Source: an uncultured bacterium (GTDB lineage Bacteria > Actinomycetota > Acidimicrobiia > Spongiisociales > UBA5794). Taken from it: a stretch of DNA of 64,000 nucleotides. Below the pieces are notes generated by a model that saw only the letters and a program-made list of their open reading frames with translations, made no database searches and was not told where the DNA came from. The DNA is taken from assembly GCA_963801165.1 (NCBI GenBank), contig CAWDDT010000009.1:384001-448000 (forward strand). Direction: 5' to 3'. Made by a program: the position numbers and the translations under genes. Every line of letters begins with the position of its first letter. Position 1 is the first letter of the stretch. Of the stretch, positions 1-10,451 are shown in pieces.

Positions 1-573
1 GACTGTCGGGCTTCCAACGAACGCGAGCGCGATCGCCGCGAGAAACACGAAGAAGGGCACCTTGAGGAGGTGCCATCGTCGACGGGTTGGCATGACCATG
101 ATCGTCCCCATTCTGTCTGCGCGCCCTCGCACTCACCACCACCATCATCTACCGGTGGGCAGGTACGGGCCATTCGGCACTGTTGGTCCCGAAGACGTGG
201 CAGTGCGACCAACGAGTCGGCCGCTCGGTCGGGACTCCTCGGAGGACCTAGGCACAATGAGGATGCCAGACTCCTGCCCTTGGTTGTCGCTTGCCCTGAA
301 GGGTCTGCCGCCAGCGCCCCGAGAATGGCACGAACGATTCGTCCCCCATCCACGCCCACCAGCCGAACGCGGACAATACGCAGGTTCGGCAACAATCCGC
401 TGAGCTCGCGTTGCGATGGAGTGAGTCGATGCATCGGCAATAGGGACTTGGCACATGCCAACCGGAGCCGCATGTCCAGTATGAACCGAAGCCGGACAAG
501 CGATGCGGCCATTCAATCGCGCCCCCAGCGCGCCCTCCGCCGACTAATGACCGCTGCTCAACGAGCCTGGAAA

Positions 574-608
574 CACCGAAATCCCCTGCGGCATAGGGGA
601 TTTCGGTG
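574..608 (-). terminator. Hairpin terminator after tRNA cluster
   Basis: Perfect 14-bp inverted repeat caccgaaatcccct / aggggatttcggtg directly 3' of tRNA-Phe. Confidence 0.7.
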
Positions 609-682
609 GTGGTCAGGGACGGCGTCGATCCGTCGACCTCTGGTTTTTCAGACCAGCGCTCTACCGACTGAGCTACCTGACC
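607..682 (-). tRNA. tRNA-Phe(GAA)
   Basis: Reverse complement GGTCAGGTAGCTCAG...CTGAAAA...CCTGACCACCA; cloverleaf, encoded CCA. Confidence 0.97.
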
Positions 683-723
683 GTATTGCACACAGGCCCG
701 GACCGGGGTCCGGGCGCAGTATG

Positions 724-801
724 TGGCGGGAGCGACGGGATTTGAACCCGCGATCTCCGGCTTGACAGGCCGGCGTGAACTCCAGGCTTCACCACGCCCC
801 C
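724..801 (-). tRNA. tRNA-Asp(GTC)
   Basis: Reverse complement GGGGGCG...CTGTCAA...GGTTCAAATCC...CGCTCCCGCCA. Confidence 0.97.
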
Positions 802-806
802 ACGGG

Positions 807-879
807 TGCCCCCAAGGGAATTCGAATCCCTGTTGCCGCCTTGAAAGGGCGGAGTCCTGGACCGCTGGACGATGGGGGC
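807..879 (-). tRNA. tRNA-Glu(TTC)
   Basis: Reverse complement GCCCCCATCGTCCAGCGG...CTTTCAA...GATTCGAATTC...TGGGGGCA; CCA not encoded. Confidence 0.95.
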
Positions 880-1097
880 CCGAAGGTTTCTCCGGGTTGG
901 GCCCGAGGAAGTCGGGATATTACACCGTCGCCGCGGTCTGAGACCGAGCGCCCGGAGTATAGGGCCTGTGTGGGTAGTCGTGTCCAGATAGGGCGACAGA
1001 ACCGGCCAGAGATGTGGTGTCAATGAAGTGGGTGTTGCGCATCGCCAACTTGTATCCGTACGATGGCGGTCGAGTCAACTATTCGGAGGGAGAAACC

Positions 1098-1601
1098 GTG
1101 CACTTCAGACGCCTTATGGCTCTTGCCGGTGTTGTGATCGGGATCATCGGCTTGTTCATGAAGTCGCTGATCACCGATGGGGAGTCGGAGATGGAGACCC
1201 TGGCGCAGATAGCCCACGATGGGGGCAGCCACTTTCCCAAGGGCATCCCGACCATCTGGGGTGGTCTCGCCGCGTGGGCCCAGGTCCTCCTGGTGATCTT
1301 CATCATCCTCATTGTGTTCCTCTGCCTTCGCCCCGACATCGCCAAGGGCTTTAACCAGATGGACTCGATGATCATCGGTGTGATCGGCGTTGCTTTGCTC
1401 GCCTACGCCGTTTACAAGTTCGTCGATGCCGGGGACGCCGCTAACAGTCTCGCCGCCGGGTTCGCCGCTATGGCGTCGCAAGGGGCACCGACCTCGGCGC
1501 ACGACGTCAGCCGCGGCGTCGGGTTCTTCGTCCTCATCCTCGGCACCGTGCTTATCGCGGCCGCAGGGGCGCTAGGGCTGGCAGGGAACAGCGAGAGCTG
1601 A
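1098..1601 (+). CDS. Hypothetical integral membrane protein (about 4 TM)
   Basis: GTG start after GGAGG; four hydrophobic segments. Confidence 0.75.
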   Translation: MHFRRLMALAGVVIGIIGLFMKSLITDGESEMETLAQIAHDGGSHFPKGIPTIWGGLAAWAQVLLVIFIILIVFLCLRPDIAKGFNQMDSMIIGVIGVALLAYAVYKFVDAGDAANSLAAGFAAMASQGAPTSAHDVSRGVGFFVLILGTVLIAAAGALGLAGNSES

Positions 1602-1672
1602 CCTGATCGAGTCGTGTGGAGGGGTCACCACGGTGGCCCCTCTCATGCGTCGCGGGCAGTAAGTTGCGTGCT

Positions 1673-2446
1673 GTGAGCGACTACATGCATCCCCTGGCGG
1701 CACCGTTCCGGTTCGAAGGCGACCGACCCGAGTCCGTCCTGCTGCTGCACGGTTGGACCGGATCGCCGGCCCACATGCGCGATCTGGGGCAGCGGCTCAA
1801 CGACGCCGGGTACACCGTTGTCGGCCCTCTGCTCGCAGGACACGGCACGACTCTCGATGACATGGCGACCACGGGTTGGCGCGACTGGCTGGGTAGTGCC
1901 GCCGAACCGGCGATGGACATCCTTGAGGGCGGCGATACTCTGCATCTGGTGGGTCTGTCGATGGGCGGAATCATCTCGCTGCTGCTCGCCACCTCCCTCG
2001 ATGCCGCCTCGGTGACAACGATCAACGCACCACTGCTCGTACGGGATCGCAGGTCGTATCTCGCCGGACTCTACCGGGGGAGCAAGCGGATCGAGCATGC
2101 GGAACCCCCGGTGGCGGCACCGCCGGAGATGCGGAAATACCAGCAGCAATACAACGGTACGCCGCTCGGAACCGCCGCAGAGCTGGCAGATCTCATCCGG
2201 GCGGCACGGCGCAGCCTCAGCAAGGTGACATGCCCGGCACTGATCATCCAATCGAAGACAGACGAGACGGTTAGACCAAAAAGCGCCACCATCATCTACG
2301 ACGGTCTGGGGTCAGCCGACAAGGGCATCGTCTGGCTGGAGTGCTCCCGGCACGTCGCTGTGGTCGACGTCGAGCGTGAGGCGATCGCCGCCTCCATCCT
2401 CGAGCATCTCCGTTCCGCTTTCGACAGCCGGCACGCCGCCGTTTAG
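1673..2446 (+). CDS. Alpha/beta hydrolase (carboxylesterase / monoacylglycerol lipase-like)
   Basis: LLHGWTGSP, GLSMGG nucleophile elbow, D and H triad residues near the C-terminus; start approximate. Confidence 0.9.
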   Translation: MSDYMHPLAAPFRFEGDRPESVLLLHGWTGSPAHMRDLGQRLNDAGYTVVGPLLAGHGTTLDDMATTGWRDWLGSAAEPAMDILEGGDTLHLVGLSMGGIISLLLATSLDAASVTTINAPLLVRDRRSYLAGLYRGSKRIEHAEPPVAAPPEMRKYQQQYNGTPLGTAAELADLIRAARRSLSKVTCPALIIQSKTDETVRPKSATIIYDGLGSADKGIVWLECSRHVAVVDVEREAIAASILEHLRSAFDSRHAAV

Positions 2447-2632
2447 CGCCAGGGCCGCGTGTGACCTCCACCGTCCTTGCCGGTCTAGCGGTCGGTTCGA
2501 ACGAGAGCTACCTGAGTCGAGCCAGGAAGCACACGTTCCAATGCCGGTAGGAAGGGGACTTTGGCCCCCTCTCGCATCGCAGTTTTTGGGCTTAGGATGC
2601 ATGACACTGTCCATGTCCAGGAGGAGGACCTC

Positions 2633-4585
2633 ATGGCCGATGAGCCAAACGTGATTGGGAACATGATCTCAGAGGAACGCTTATTTCCCCCGTCGGAAGC
2701 GTTCGTTGCTGCCGCCAACGTAGGTGTCGAGATCTACGAGGAGGCAGAGAACGACTATCTCGCGTTTTGGAAGAAGCAAGCCCTCGATCGCATCACGTGG
2801 TTCAAGGAGCCGACCGTTGTTCTTGATAATTCCAATGCTCCTTTCTTCAAGTGGTTCAGTGATGGTGAGCTGAACGTGTCGTACAACTGTCTCGATCGGC
2901 ATTTGGAGGCGGACGGGGACAGGATCGCGTACCACTGGATAGGAGAGCCCGGCGACAGCCAGAACATCACCTACCGTGACCTGTACGAGCGGGTGACAAA
3001 GCTGGCGAATGGGCTCAAGAGCCTCGGGGTCGAGAAGGGCGATCGTGTAGCCATCTACCTGGGCATGGTTCCCGAGCTTGCCGTCTCGTTGCTGGCTTGT
3101 GCCCGTATCGGTGCGATTCACTCGGTCGTGTTTGGTGGCTTCTCCGCCGACTCGCTGTCCGACCGCATCCACGATTCGCAGTGCAAGATTCTTATCACAG
3201 GCGATGGCGCCTGGCGGCGTGGCAGCGTCGTCTCGCTCAAGGACGTTGCCGACGATGCGCTGAAGAACTCCCCTTCGATTGAGAAGGTGGTTGTCGTCAG
3301 GCGCACCGAGAACGACGTCAACTGGACCGAGAAGGACATCTGGTATCACGACCTGGTCGCCGACCAGCCCACCGAGTGCGAGCCCGAGGTTATGAACGCA
3401 GAGGATCCGCTTTACATCCTCTACACGTCGGGTACCACCGGCAAGCCGAAGGGCATCGTGCACACCCAGGGCGGCTACCTGACTGCGATTACCACGACCC
3501 ACGACTACGTCTTCGATCTCAAGCCGGACGACGTGTACTGGTGCACCGCCGACATCGGCTGGGTGACCGGGCACTCCTACATCGTGTATGGCCCGTTGGC
3601 GAACGGTGCGACCAGCATCATGTATGAGGGCGCACCCAACTACCCGGGTCTCGACCGGCTGTGGCAGATCGTCGAGGAATACAAGTGCACGATCTTCTAC
3701 ACGGCGCCGACCGCGATCCGTGCCTTCATGAAGTGGGGCGACGACCACGTCACCAAGCACGACCTCTCATCGCTGCGTTTGCTGGGAACCGTGGGTGAGC
3801 CCATCAATCCCGAGGCTTGGATCTGGTACAACGAGACCATCGGTGGCGGCAGGTGCCCGATCGTCGACACATGGTGGCAGACCGAGACCGGCGCCATCAT
3901 GATCACCCCGCTCCCGGGTGCGGTCTCGACCAAGCCCGGTTCGGCGACCCGGCCTTTCCCGGGTATCGGCGCTGATGTGGTCGACGAGGAGGGCAACTCG
4001 GTTCCGTTTGGCAGTGGCGGTTTCCTTGTGATGCGTCGCCCGTGGCCGTCGATGTTGCGGACCATCTACGGCAACGACCGCCGCTACGTCGACACCTACT
4101 GGTCACGTTTCGACAACATGTACTTCGCCGGTGACGGCGCCAAGCGGGACGACGACGGTTACTTCTGGCTGTTGGGCCGTGTCGACGACGTCATGCTCAT
4201 CGCCGGGCACAACATCTCGACGACCGAGGTGGAGTCGGCGTTGGTCAGCCACCCCGCCGTGGCCGAGGCTGCCGTAGTCGGTCGTGCCGACCCGGTCACC
4301 GGGCAGGCGATTGCCGCCTTCGTGACACTGCGTTCGGAATTCGAGGGCAGCGACGAGTTGCTTGCCGAGCTGCGCAACCACGTGGCCTCGACGATCGGCC
4401 CGATCGCCAAGCCGAAGAGCATCGTCTTCACCGACGATCTCCCCAAGACCCGGTCGGGCAAGATCATGCGCCGCCTGCTCAAGGACATCTCTGAGAAGCG
4501 GCAGCTGGGTGATGTAACCACCCTTGCCAATGCGGACATTGTCCGGGAGATTGCAGCCAAGTCGACGGAAACCAGCGACGACTGA
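2633..4585 (+). CDS. acs: Acetyl-CoA synthetase
   Basis: YTSGTTGKPKG, DTWWQTETG, LPKTRSGKIMRR; RBS GAGGAGG. Confidence 0.97.
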   Translation: MADEPNVIGNMISEERLFPPSEAFVAAANVGVEIYEEAENDYLAFWKKQALDRITWFKEPTVVLDNSNAPFFKWFSDGELNVSYNCLDRHLEADGDRIAYHWIGEPGDSQNITYRDLYERVTKLANGLKSLGVEKGDRVAIYLGMVPELAVSLLACARIGAIHSVVFGGFSADSLSDRIHDSQCKILITGDGAWRRGSVVSLKDVADDALKNSPSIEKVVVVRRTENDVNWTEKDIWYHDLVADQPTECEPEVMNAEDPLYILYTSGTTGKPKGIVHTQGGYLTAITTTHDYVFDLKPDDVYWCTADIGWVTGHSYIVYGPLANGATSIMYEGAPNYPGLDRLWQIVEEYKCTIFYTAPTAIRAFMKWGDDHVTKHDLSSLRLLGTVGEPINPEAWIWYNETIGGGRCPIVDTWWQTETGAIMITPLPGAVSTKPGSATRPFPGIGADVVDEEGNSVPFGSGGFLVMRRPWPSMLRTIYGNDRRYVDTYWSRFDNMYFAGDGAKRDDDGYFWLLGRVDDVMLIAGHNISTTEVESALVSHPAVAEAAVVGRADPVTGQAIAAFVTLRSEFEGSDELLAELRNHVASTIGPIAKPKSIVFTDDLPKTRSGKIMRRLLKDISEKRQLGDVTTLANADIVREIAAKSTETSDD

Positions 4586-4601
4586 AGGTCTTGAGACCAT
4601 C

Positions 4602-4640
4602 ATGACGGGCCCTCCGCCTGCGGGCGGGGGGCCTCGTCGT
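4602..4640 (+). terminator. GC-rich hairpin after acs
   Basis: gacgggccctccgcc-tgcg-ggcggggggcctcgtc. Confidence 0.6.
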
Positions 4641-4676
4641 GCCCGACGCCGGCGGTTCTCGAACTTGCAGTGAGTC

Positions 4677-4706
4677 AGTCTAGGTTGTAAACTAGACTAT
4701 GTCTAA
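4677..4706 (+). promoter_or_regulatory. Candidate Fur/PerR-family operator upstream of dps
   Basis: Overlapping inverted repeats AGTCTAG..CTAGACT and TAGAC-tat-GTCTA in an AT-rich patch; Fur-family gene follows dps. Confidence 0.5.
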
Positions 4707-4728
4707 ACAAAGTCCCTAGGAGGAAGAT

Positions 4729-5193
4729 ATGGCCTGGACTGTGCTCCCGGAGGAAACGGCAAGCAAGGTCGCCGATGCGATGCAGCCGACAATGCTCGAT
4801 CTTCTCGATCTCCACATGATCGGCAAGCAAGCGCACTGGACGGTTGTCGGTGGGAGCTTCCAGCCCGTGCACGAGCGACTGGACGTCCTCATCGACCAGT
4901 GGCGGCTGTGGAGCGACTCGGTGGCCGAGCGGATCGTCATCCTCGGCACGCTGCCCAAGGGACGACCACACGACATCGTCAACCTGGGCAAGAACGGCGA
5001 GTTTCCGGTTGATTGGCTCGACGGCAACGACGCCATGTGTCTCCTGGCTGATCGGGTGGAGGCGGTTGCCCGGCGCGCCCGCGAGCACCAACATGCGATC
5101 GCCGACCTGGATGCAATTAGTGATGCGCTCTTGCAGGGGATCATCGAGGGCCTAGAGGAGCAACTCTGGATGCTGCGAGCACACCTTCGCTAG
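4729..5193 (+). CDS. dps: Dps family DNA protection ferritin-like protein
   Basis: KQAHWTVVG..F..VHERLD, DSVAERI, LEEQLWML. Confidence 0.93.
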   Translation: MAWTVLPEETASKVADAMQPTMLDLLDLHMIGKQAHWTVVGGSFQPVHERLDVLIDQWRLWSDSVAERIVILGTLPKGRPHDIVNLGKNGEFPVDWLDGNDAMCLLADRVEAVARRAREHQHAIADLDAISDALLQGIIEGLEEQLWMLRAHLR

Positions 5194-5594
5194 CAGACGC
5201 TCGTCTCCGCGATGCGGGCCTGAAAGCAACCCGGGCTCGCGTCCTCGTCCTCATCACTCTCGAAGGTCTCGGCGGGCACCCAACCGCCGATGACGTGCTC
5301 GCCGGGATCATCGACGCCGGAGGCAGCGTCTCTCGGGCCACGGTCTTCAACGCACTCGACGATCTCACCGCGGCGGGTTTGGTCATGCATGCCGACGCCG
5401 GTCCGGGTGCGGTGCGCTATGAGGCGGCGACCGCCGCACACGACCACTTCATATGCGACCGATGCGGCAAGGTCATCGACGTGGTCGCCGGCAACGTGGC
5501 CCGCCCGGCTCACCCTCCGCGAGGTCTCGGCGGGCGGGTCGATAGCGCCCAGATCATCTACCGGGGCGTCTGCGACGCATGCCGCCACGAGTGA
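5166..5594 (+). CDS. Fur-family regulator (FurA/PerR-like), probable CTG start
   Basis: LRDAGLKATRAR, HPTADD, SRATVFNAL, HDHFICDRCG, CDAC; no ATG/GTG/TTG in frame before the conserved N-terminus; GAGGAG 5 nt before CTG. Confidence 0.85.
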   Translation: MDAASTPSLADARLRDAGLKATRARVLVLITLEGLGGHPTADDVLAGIIDAGGSVSRATVFNALDDLTAAGLVMHADAGPGAVRYEAATAAHDHFICDRCGKVIDVVAGNVARPAHPPRGLGGRVDSAQIIYRGVCDACRHE

Positions 5595-5648
5595 CTGGGC
5601 AGAAGCGGTCGTCGTGCAATTGGGGCGGCGACCGCCGATAATGGCTGT

Positions 5649-7361
5649 ATGAGCAACGTTCCAAGTGACCTGAGAGCGCGTACCGAGGCGTGGATCGCCG
5701 CCGATCCGGACAGCAAGACCAGAGCCGAGCTGACGGATCTCCTCGCCGCTGGTGAAGTTGATGAGTTGAGCGAGCGGATGGCGGGATCGCTCGAGTTCGG
5801 CACGGCAGGGTTGCGGGGGCGGGTTGAAGCCGGATCCAACCGCATGAACCGGGCTGTCGTGATCAGGACGACACGCGGTATCGCCGAGTACCTCCTCGAC
5901 CGTGACCCGGACTCGGACCGCCCCGTCGTGGTCGGCCGGGATGCGCGTCTTTCCAGCAACCGATTTCAGAAGGACACCATCGGAGTGCTTGCAGCCGCCG
6001 GGATTGTCGTTCGCTATTTCCCCGACCCGGTCCCCACTCCTGTTGTCGCTTACGCAGCCCGCCGGCTGGGGGCACGGGCCGCCATCGTGATCACCGCCAG
6101 CCACAACCCGCCACTCGACAACGGCTACAAGGTGTATGACTCGAACGGGGTGCAGATCATTCCTCCAACCGATAGTGACATCGCCGCCAGGATCGCCGCC
6201 GCGCCGGATGCGGTCGACGTACCCCGGCTGGCGAAGAAGTATCGAGAGGAGGTTGCCCACCGTGTGCCGGAGGGCATCTTCGCCCGCTATCTGGAGGATC
6301 TCGCCGCCATTAGGGTCGGTGCCGGAGGCTCGGACCTGAAGATCGTGTACACGCCGATGCATGGCGTCGGGGGTGCCTATGTGACCGAAGCGCTCGAGTT
6401 CTTCGGGTACGACGACGTCACCCCGGTGCCCGAGCAATACGAGCCCGACGGCAGGTTTCCTACCGTTGCCTTTCCCAATCCCGAGGAGCCGGGCGCTCTC
6501 GACCTCGCCGCTGCACTAGCCGCAAAGACCAGTGCCGACATCATCATCGCCAACGACCCCGATACGGACCGGCTCGCCGTAAGTCTGCCGCGCCGGGAGG
6601 GGTGGCGGCCGCTTACGGGGAATCAGATCGGTGCACTCCTCGGTGACTACCTGCTCAGCCACACCAAGGTCGCTAGACCGCTGGTCGTAAACAGCATCGT
6701 GTCGTCCCCGATGCTGGCCGACATCGCAATCAAGTACGGTGCGCGCCATGCGACGAGCCTCACCGGCTTCAAATGGATCTGGAACGCAGCGCTCGACATC
6801 GAGAGTACCGAGGGTGCCAACTTCGTCTTCGGGTATGAGGAGGCGCTCGGTTACAGCGTGTCGCCGCAGGTGCGGGACAAAGACGGCATTTCCGCAGCGG
6901 TTGTCTTCACCGATCTGGCGGCCGTTTGTAAGGCGAGGGGCGAGACCGTTCTCGACTACCTGGCGCGCCTGTACGACCGGCATGGGTTGTGGGTGTCGAC
7001 CCAGAAGAGCATTGTCCGGCCCGGTAGTGAGGGCGCCGAAGAAATTGCCGCTGCCGTGGAGCGCCTGGCGGGCGCACCGCCGGCCGAGCTCGCCGGTATC
7101 AGTGTGGTCTCGATGACCGACTACAGGCAGGGCGCCGACGCCCGGCCCCGCTATCTCGCGGCGACTCCGCTGGTCGAGCTCGACCTCGGCGATAGGGGTC
7201 GTGCCCTGGTGCGGCCAAGCGGCACCGAGCCCAAGCTGAAGATCTACGTGGATCTGGTGGCCAAACGTGATCCGGCAATGACCGTCGACACGCAGGAAGC
7301 GGAGCTGGTCGCCGAGGCCAACGAGGTGGCGGAGGACATGGCCTCCAATCTCGTTCTGTAG
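5649..7361 (+). CDS. Phospho-sugar mutase (PGM/PMM)
   Basis: FGTAGLRG, TASHNP, DPDTDR, GYEEALG, RPSGTEPK. Confidence 0.95.
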   Translation: MSNVPSDLRARTEAWIAADPDSKTRAELTDLLAAGEVDELSERMAGSLEFGTAGLRGRVEAGSNRMNRAVVIRTTRGIAEYLLDRDPDSDRPVVVGRDARLSSNRFQKDTIGVLAAAGIVVRYFPDPVPTPVVAYAARRLGARAAIVITASHNPPLDNGYKVYDSNGVQIIPPTDSDIAARIAAAPDAVDVPRLAKKYREEVAHRVPEGIFARYLEDLAAIRVGAGGSDLKIVYTPMHGVGGAYVTEALEFFGYDDVTPVPEQYEPDGRFPTVAFPNPEEPGALDLAAALAAKTSADIIIANDPDTDRLAVSLPRREGWRPLTGNQIGALLGDYLLSHTKVARPLVVNSIVSSPMLADIAIKYGARHATSLTGFKWIWNAALDIESTEGANFVFGYEEALGYSVSPQVRDKDGISAAVVFTDLAAVCKARGETVLDYLARLYDRHGLWVSTQKSIVRPGSEGAEEIAAAVERLAGAPPAELAGISVVSMTDYRQGADARPRYLAATPLVELDLGDRGRALVRPSGTEPKLKIYVDLVAKRDPAMTVDTQEAELVAEANEVAEDMASNLVL

Positions 7362-7669
7362 GCGCGAGTCGCGCCGGCATGCCTCTGGTTTCTCGCCAGA
7401 AACGTGAGGAGCAGCAATCCCCCAATCCCGGGGCATCAGCGGTTTCTCAGGCGTGACATCAAGCGATGACGCCGTGTTGATGATGTCATCGCCGTGTGCA
7501 TCGTTTTCCTTTTTGTGAGCTGGAAGCAAGCAGCGATCCTCCCATATCCCTCAATCCCCGGTTTCTTTTCCCCTCATCGCCTTCGCTCCGCCAACGTCAG
7601 GGACGCCGCTCCTATTGCAGTGAGAAGGAATTCATCCTCGCTCCGGAGGATCGACCGGCCGGTCCGCGA

Positions 7670-7900
7670 TCAGGCGGCGGTGGGTTGATTCCGGTGTCTC
7701 CGCCAGATGGTCATGAAAATTGCCGCACTCAAGACGCCTGGGCCGGTGTGCACCAGAACGACACCGAATAGGGACGGGCCACCCCAGTCGGCGCGGTAGC
7801 TGGCGGGGTTGCCCCAATCGATGACGAAGAGCTCGACGAGCCCACGGCCGATGGCGAAGAGCATGAACAACACGATGAGGAACCGGCCGGCCCTTCGCAT
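7670..7900 (-). CDS. Small membrane protein
   Basis: MRRAGRFLIVLFMLF...; two hydrophobic helices; third gene of the PadR operon. Confidence 0.6.
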   Translation of the reverse strand: MRRAGRFLIVLFMLFAIGRGLVELFVIDWGNPASYRADWGGPSLFGVVLVHTGPGVLSAAIFMTIWRRHRNQPTAA

Positions 7901-7908
7901 CGCAGTTT

Positions 7909-8271
7909 TCAAGTTGAGATGCGGCGACGAATGGCGCGAGCGACGATGAGCCGGGTCGTGGCATCGAGCGTGATTGCCAGGGCCCCGAGAACCACCATCA
8001 GCAACGCCGCGCTGCTCGTGCTCCTGGGGAGCCAGAGGGCGTTCGGATAGCCCGCCGTGTAGACGTACCACTCGGCGCCGAGGAGCGCTGCCGTCCCGAC
8101 GGCAGCACGTATCCCGTGTCGTCGCAGGTCGAGATGCGCTGCCAGCGCATGGAGGACCACGTTGGTGACGATTCCGGCCCGCGATCCCTCCTGCTCGAGT
8201 AGTTCCTCGAACTCGTCGCCGTAGCGGTCCCGCCACCGGCGCGGGTAGAGGCGCAAGAGCAGCCGCGTCAT
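7909..8271 (-). CDS. PadR-associated membrane protein
   Basis: LLRLYPRRWRDRYGDEF motif typical of genes following padR; overlaps the padR stop. Confidence 0.8.
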   Translation of the reverse strand: MTRLLLRLYPRRWRDRYGDEFEELLEQEGSRAGIVTNVVLHALAAHLDLRRHGIRAAVGTAALLGAEWYVYTAGYPNALWLPRSTSSAALLMVVLGALAITLDATTRLIVARAIRRRIST

Positions 8272-8594
8272 GACTCGGCCGTCCTCGCCGCGGTGGTTCG
8301 CACCACTCGCTCCCAGCGGGCCATGTTCTCCGACACAGCTGTCCGGCCTTCAGCTGTTATCTCGTAGGGTCGCCTCCGCCCTGCAGGTTCGAGAGGTGCG
8401 ATGAGACCCCGCTCCTCGAGCTTGGTGAGCGCTCCGTATAGGGTTCCCGGCCCGAGACGGACACCGACGGAGGTATCGATGTCTTTGATGATGGCGTGAC
8501 CGTGCTTGGGACCGTCGAGAAGCGACATGAGGACCAGAAGCGCCGGTTCACCAAAGCGGGCGAGACCAAAGCGATCGCGTCTTTGTTTCGTCAT
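8268..8594 (-). CDS. PadR family transcriptional regulator
   Basis: LMSLLDGPKHGHAI, GPGTLYGALTKLE..GLI, RRPYEITAEGR. Confidence 0.92.
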   Translation of the reverse strand: MTKQRRDRFGLARFGEPALLVLMSLLDGPKHGHAIIKDIDTSVGVRLGPGTLYGALTKLEERGLIAPLEPAGRRRPYEITAEGRTAVSENMARWERVVRTTAARTAES

Positions 8595-8608
8595 ACGATG
8601 CATCGTAT
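8593..8608. promoter_or_regulatory. Palindromic PadR operator over probable leaderless promoter
   Basis: Perfect 16-bp palindrome ATACGATGCATCGTAT overlapping the start codon; TACGAT -10-like hexamer 7 nt before ATG. Confidence 0.6.
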
Positions 8609-8694
8609 CACGTAGTATTGAGGTCACCAAGCGGTCACAGGAACGCGAGAGTCGATGGAACCCCTGCCTGCGCCCGCGCATCGTCGGCGAGCCC

Positions 8695-9069
8695 TCATAT
8701 CCACTCGTCGGTCGCCGTGAGGGTCGTGTCGGAGGCATCGCCGGTGTTGACGACGCCCGCAGGCTCGAGGAGGAGGATCTCGCACTCCTCGGCGGCGACG
8801 GGGCGGTGCTCGACACCCCGGGGGACCACGAAGAACTCGTCGGGCCCGATCGAGACTGCGCCGCGGCCCCGCATCTCGATCCGGAGCCGCCCCGATCGCA
8901 CCAGAAACAACTCGTCGGTGTCGTCGTGGGTGTGCCAAACGAACTCGCCCTCCACCTTGACTGCCTTCAGATGGAGATCGTTGATCTGGCCGACGATCTT
9001 CGGGGACCAATGCTCTGCAAACTTCGCAAACTTGTCGTCCAGGTTCACAACGGTGTCCGGCGCCGCCAT
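8695..9069 (-). CDS. Cupin domain protein
   Basis: [25 protein letters not shown]. Confidence 0.9.
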   Translation of the reverse strand: MAAPDTVVNLDDKFAKFAEHWSPKIVGQINDLHLKAVKVEGEFVWHTHDDTDELFLVRSGRLRIEMRGRGAVSIGPDEFFVVPRGVEHRPVAAEECEILLLEPAGVVNTGDASDTTLTATDEWI

Positions 9070-9266
9070 CGTTTCTCCCATCTCGGGCTAGAGGCTCGGG
9101 TCACGATACCTGCGCCGACCCGACCGCCGGTGCGGCATCGCAGACAATGTGGCCGGTAGTCCCTGCAGTCGGGGCCGTTGCTCAGTTTCCCCGCAACAGC
9201 GGCTTCGGCGATAATGATTCGGTTGTCTACTTGCGCTGTTCCGGCGCGCCTATGAAGGAGTCCGAC

Positions 9267-10313
<1,047 letters not shown>

Positions 10314-10333
10314 GTCGCGCGCGGTCCGAGACG

Positions 10334-10362
10334 TGAATCCCCCGGTTTGACCGGGGGATTCA
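10334..10362 (+). terminator. Hairpin between fbaB and pckA
   Basis: tgaatcccccggt-ttg-accgggggattca perfect stem. Confidence 0.7.
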
Positions 10363-10451
10363 TCTATGCAGCGGCCTACTGCCGTTGTCGACTTCCGGCT
10401 ACAGTCTGCCCCACTGAAACGAAGAAGGCCCCCGAAAAGGAGGACCTCCAC

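Noticed and set aside
62-403. ORF with a His-rich run, and other ORFs near the tRNA cluster
   Set aside because: No recognisable motifs; several overlap tRNA genes, so they are likely spurious.
559-572. 14-bp match caacgagcctggaa with 36381-36394 as a possible att site
   Set aside because: Short, outside the tRNA sequence, and the interval is core genes; treated as chance.
2681-3760. Long antisense ORFs here and over other core genes (e.g. 5190-6437, 9714-10787, 62917-63861)
   Set aside because: Shadow frames expected from high-GC codon bias opposite well-supported genes.
7400-7660. Intergenic stretch with weak inverted repeats as an ncRNA or riboswitch
   Set aside because: It lies between convergent genes and shows no family motif I can recognise.
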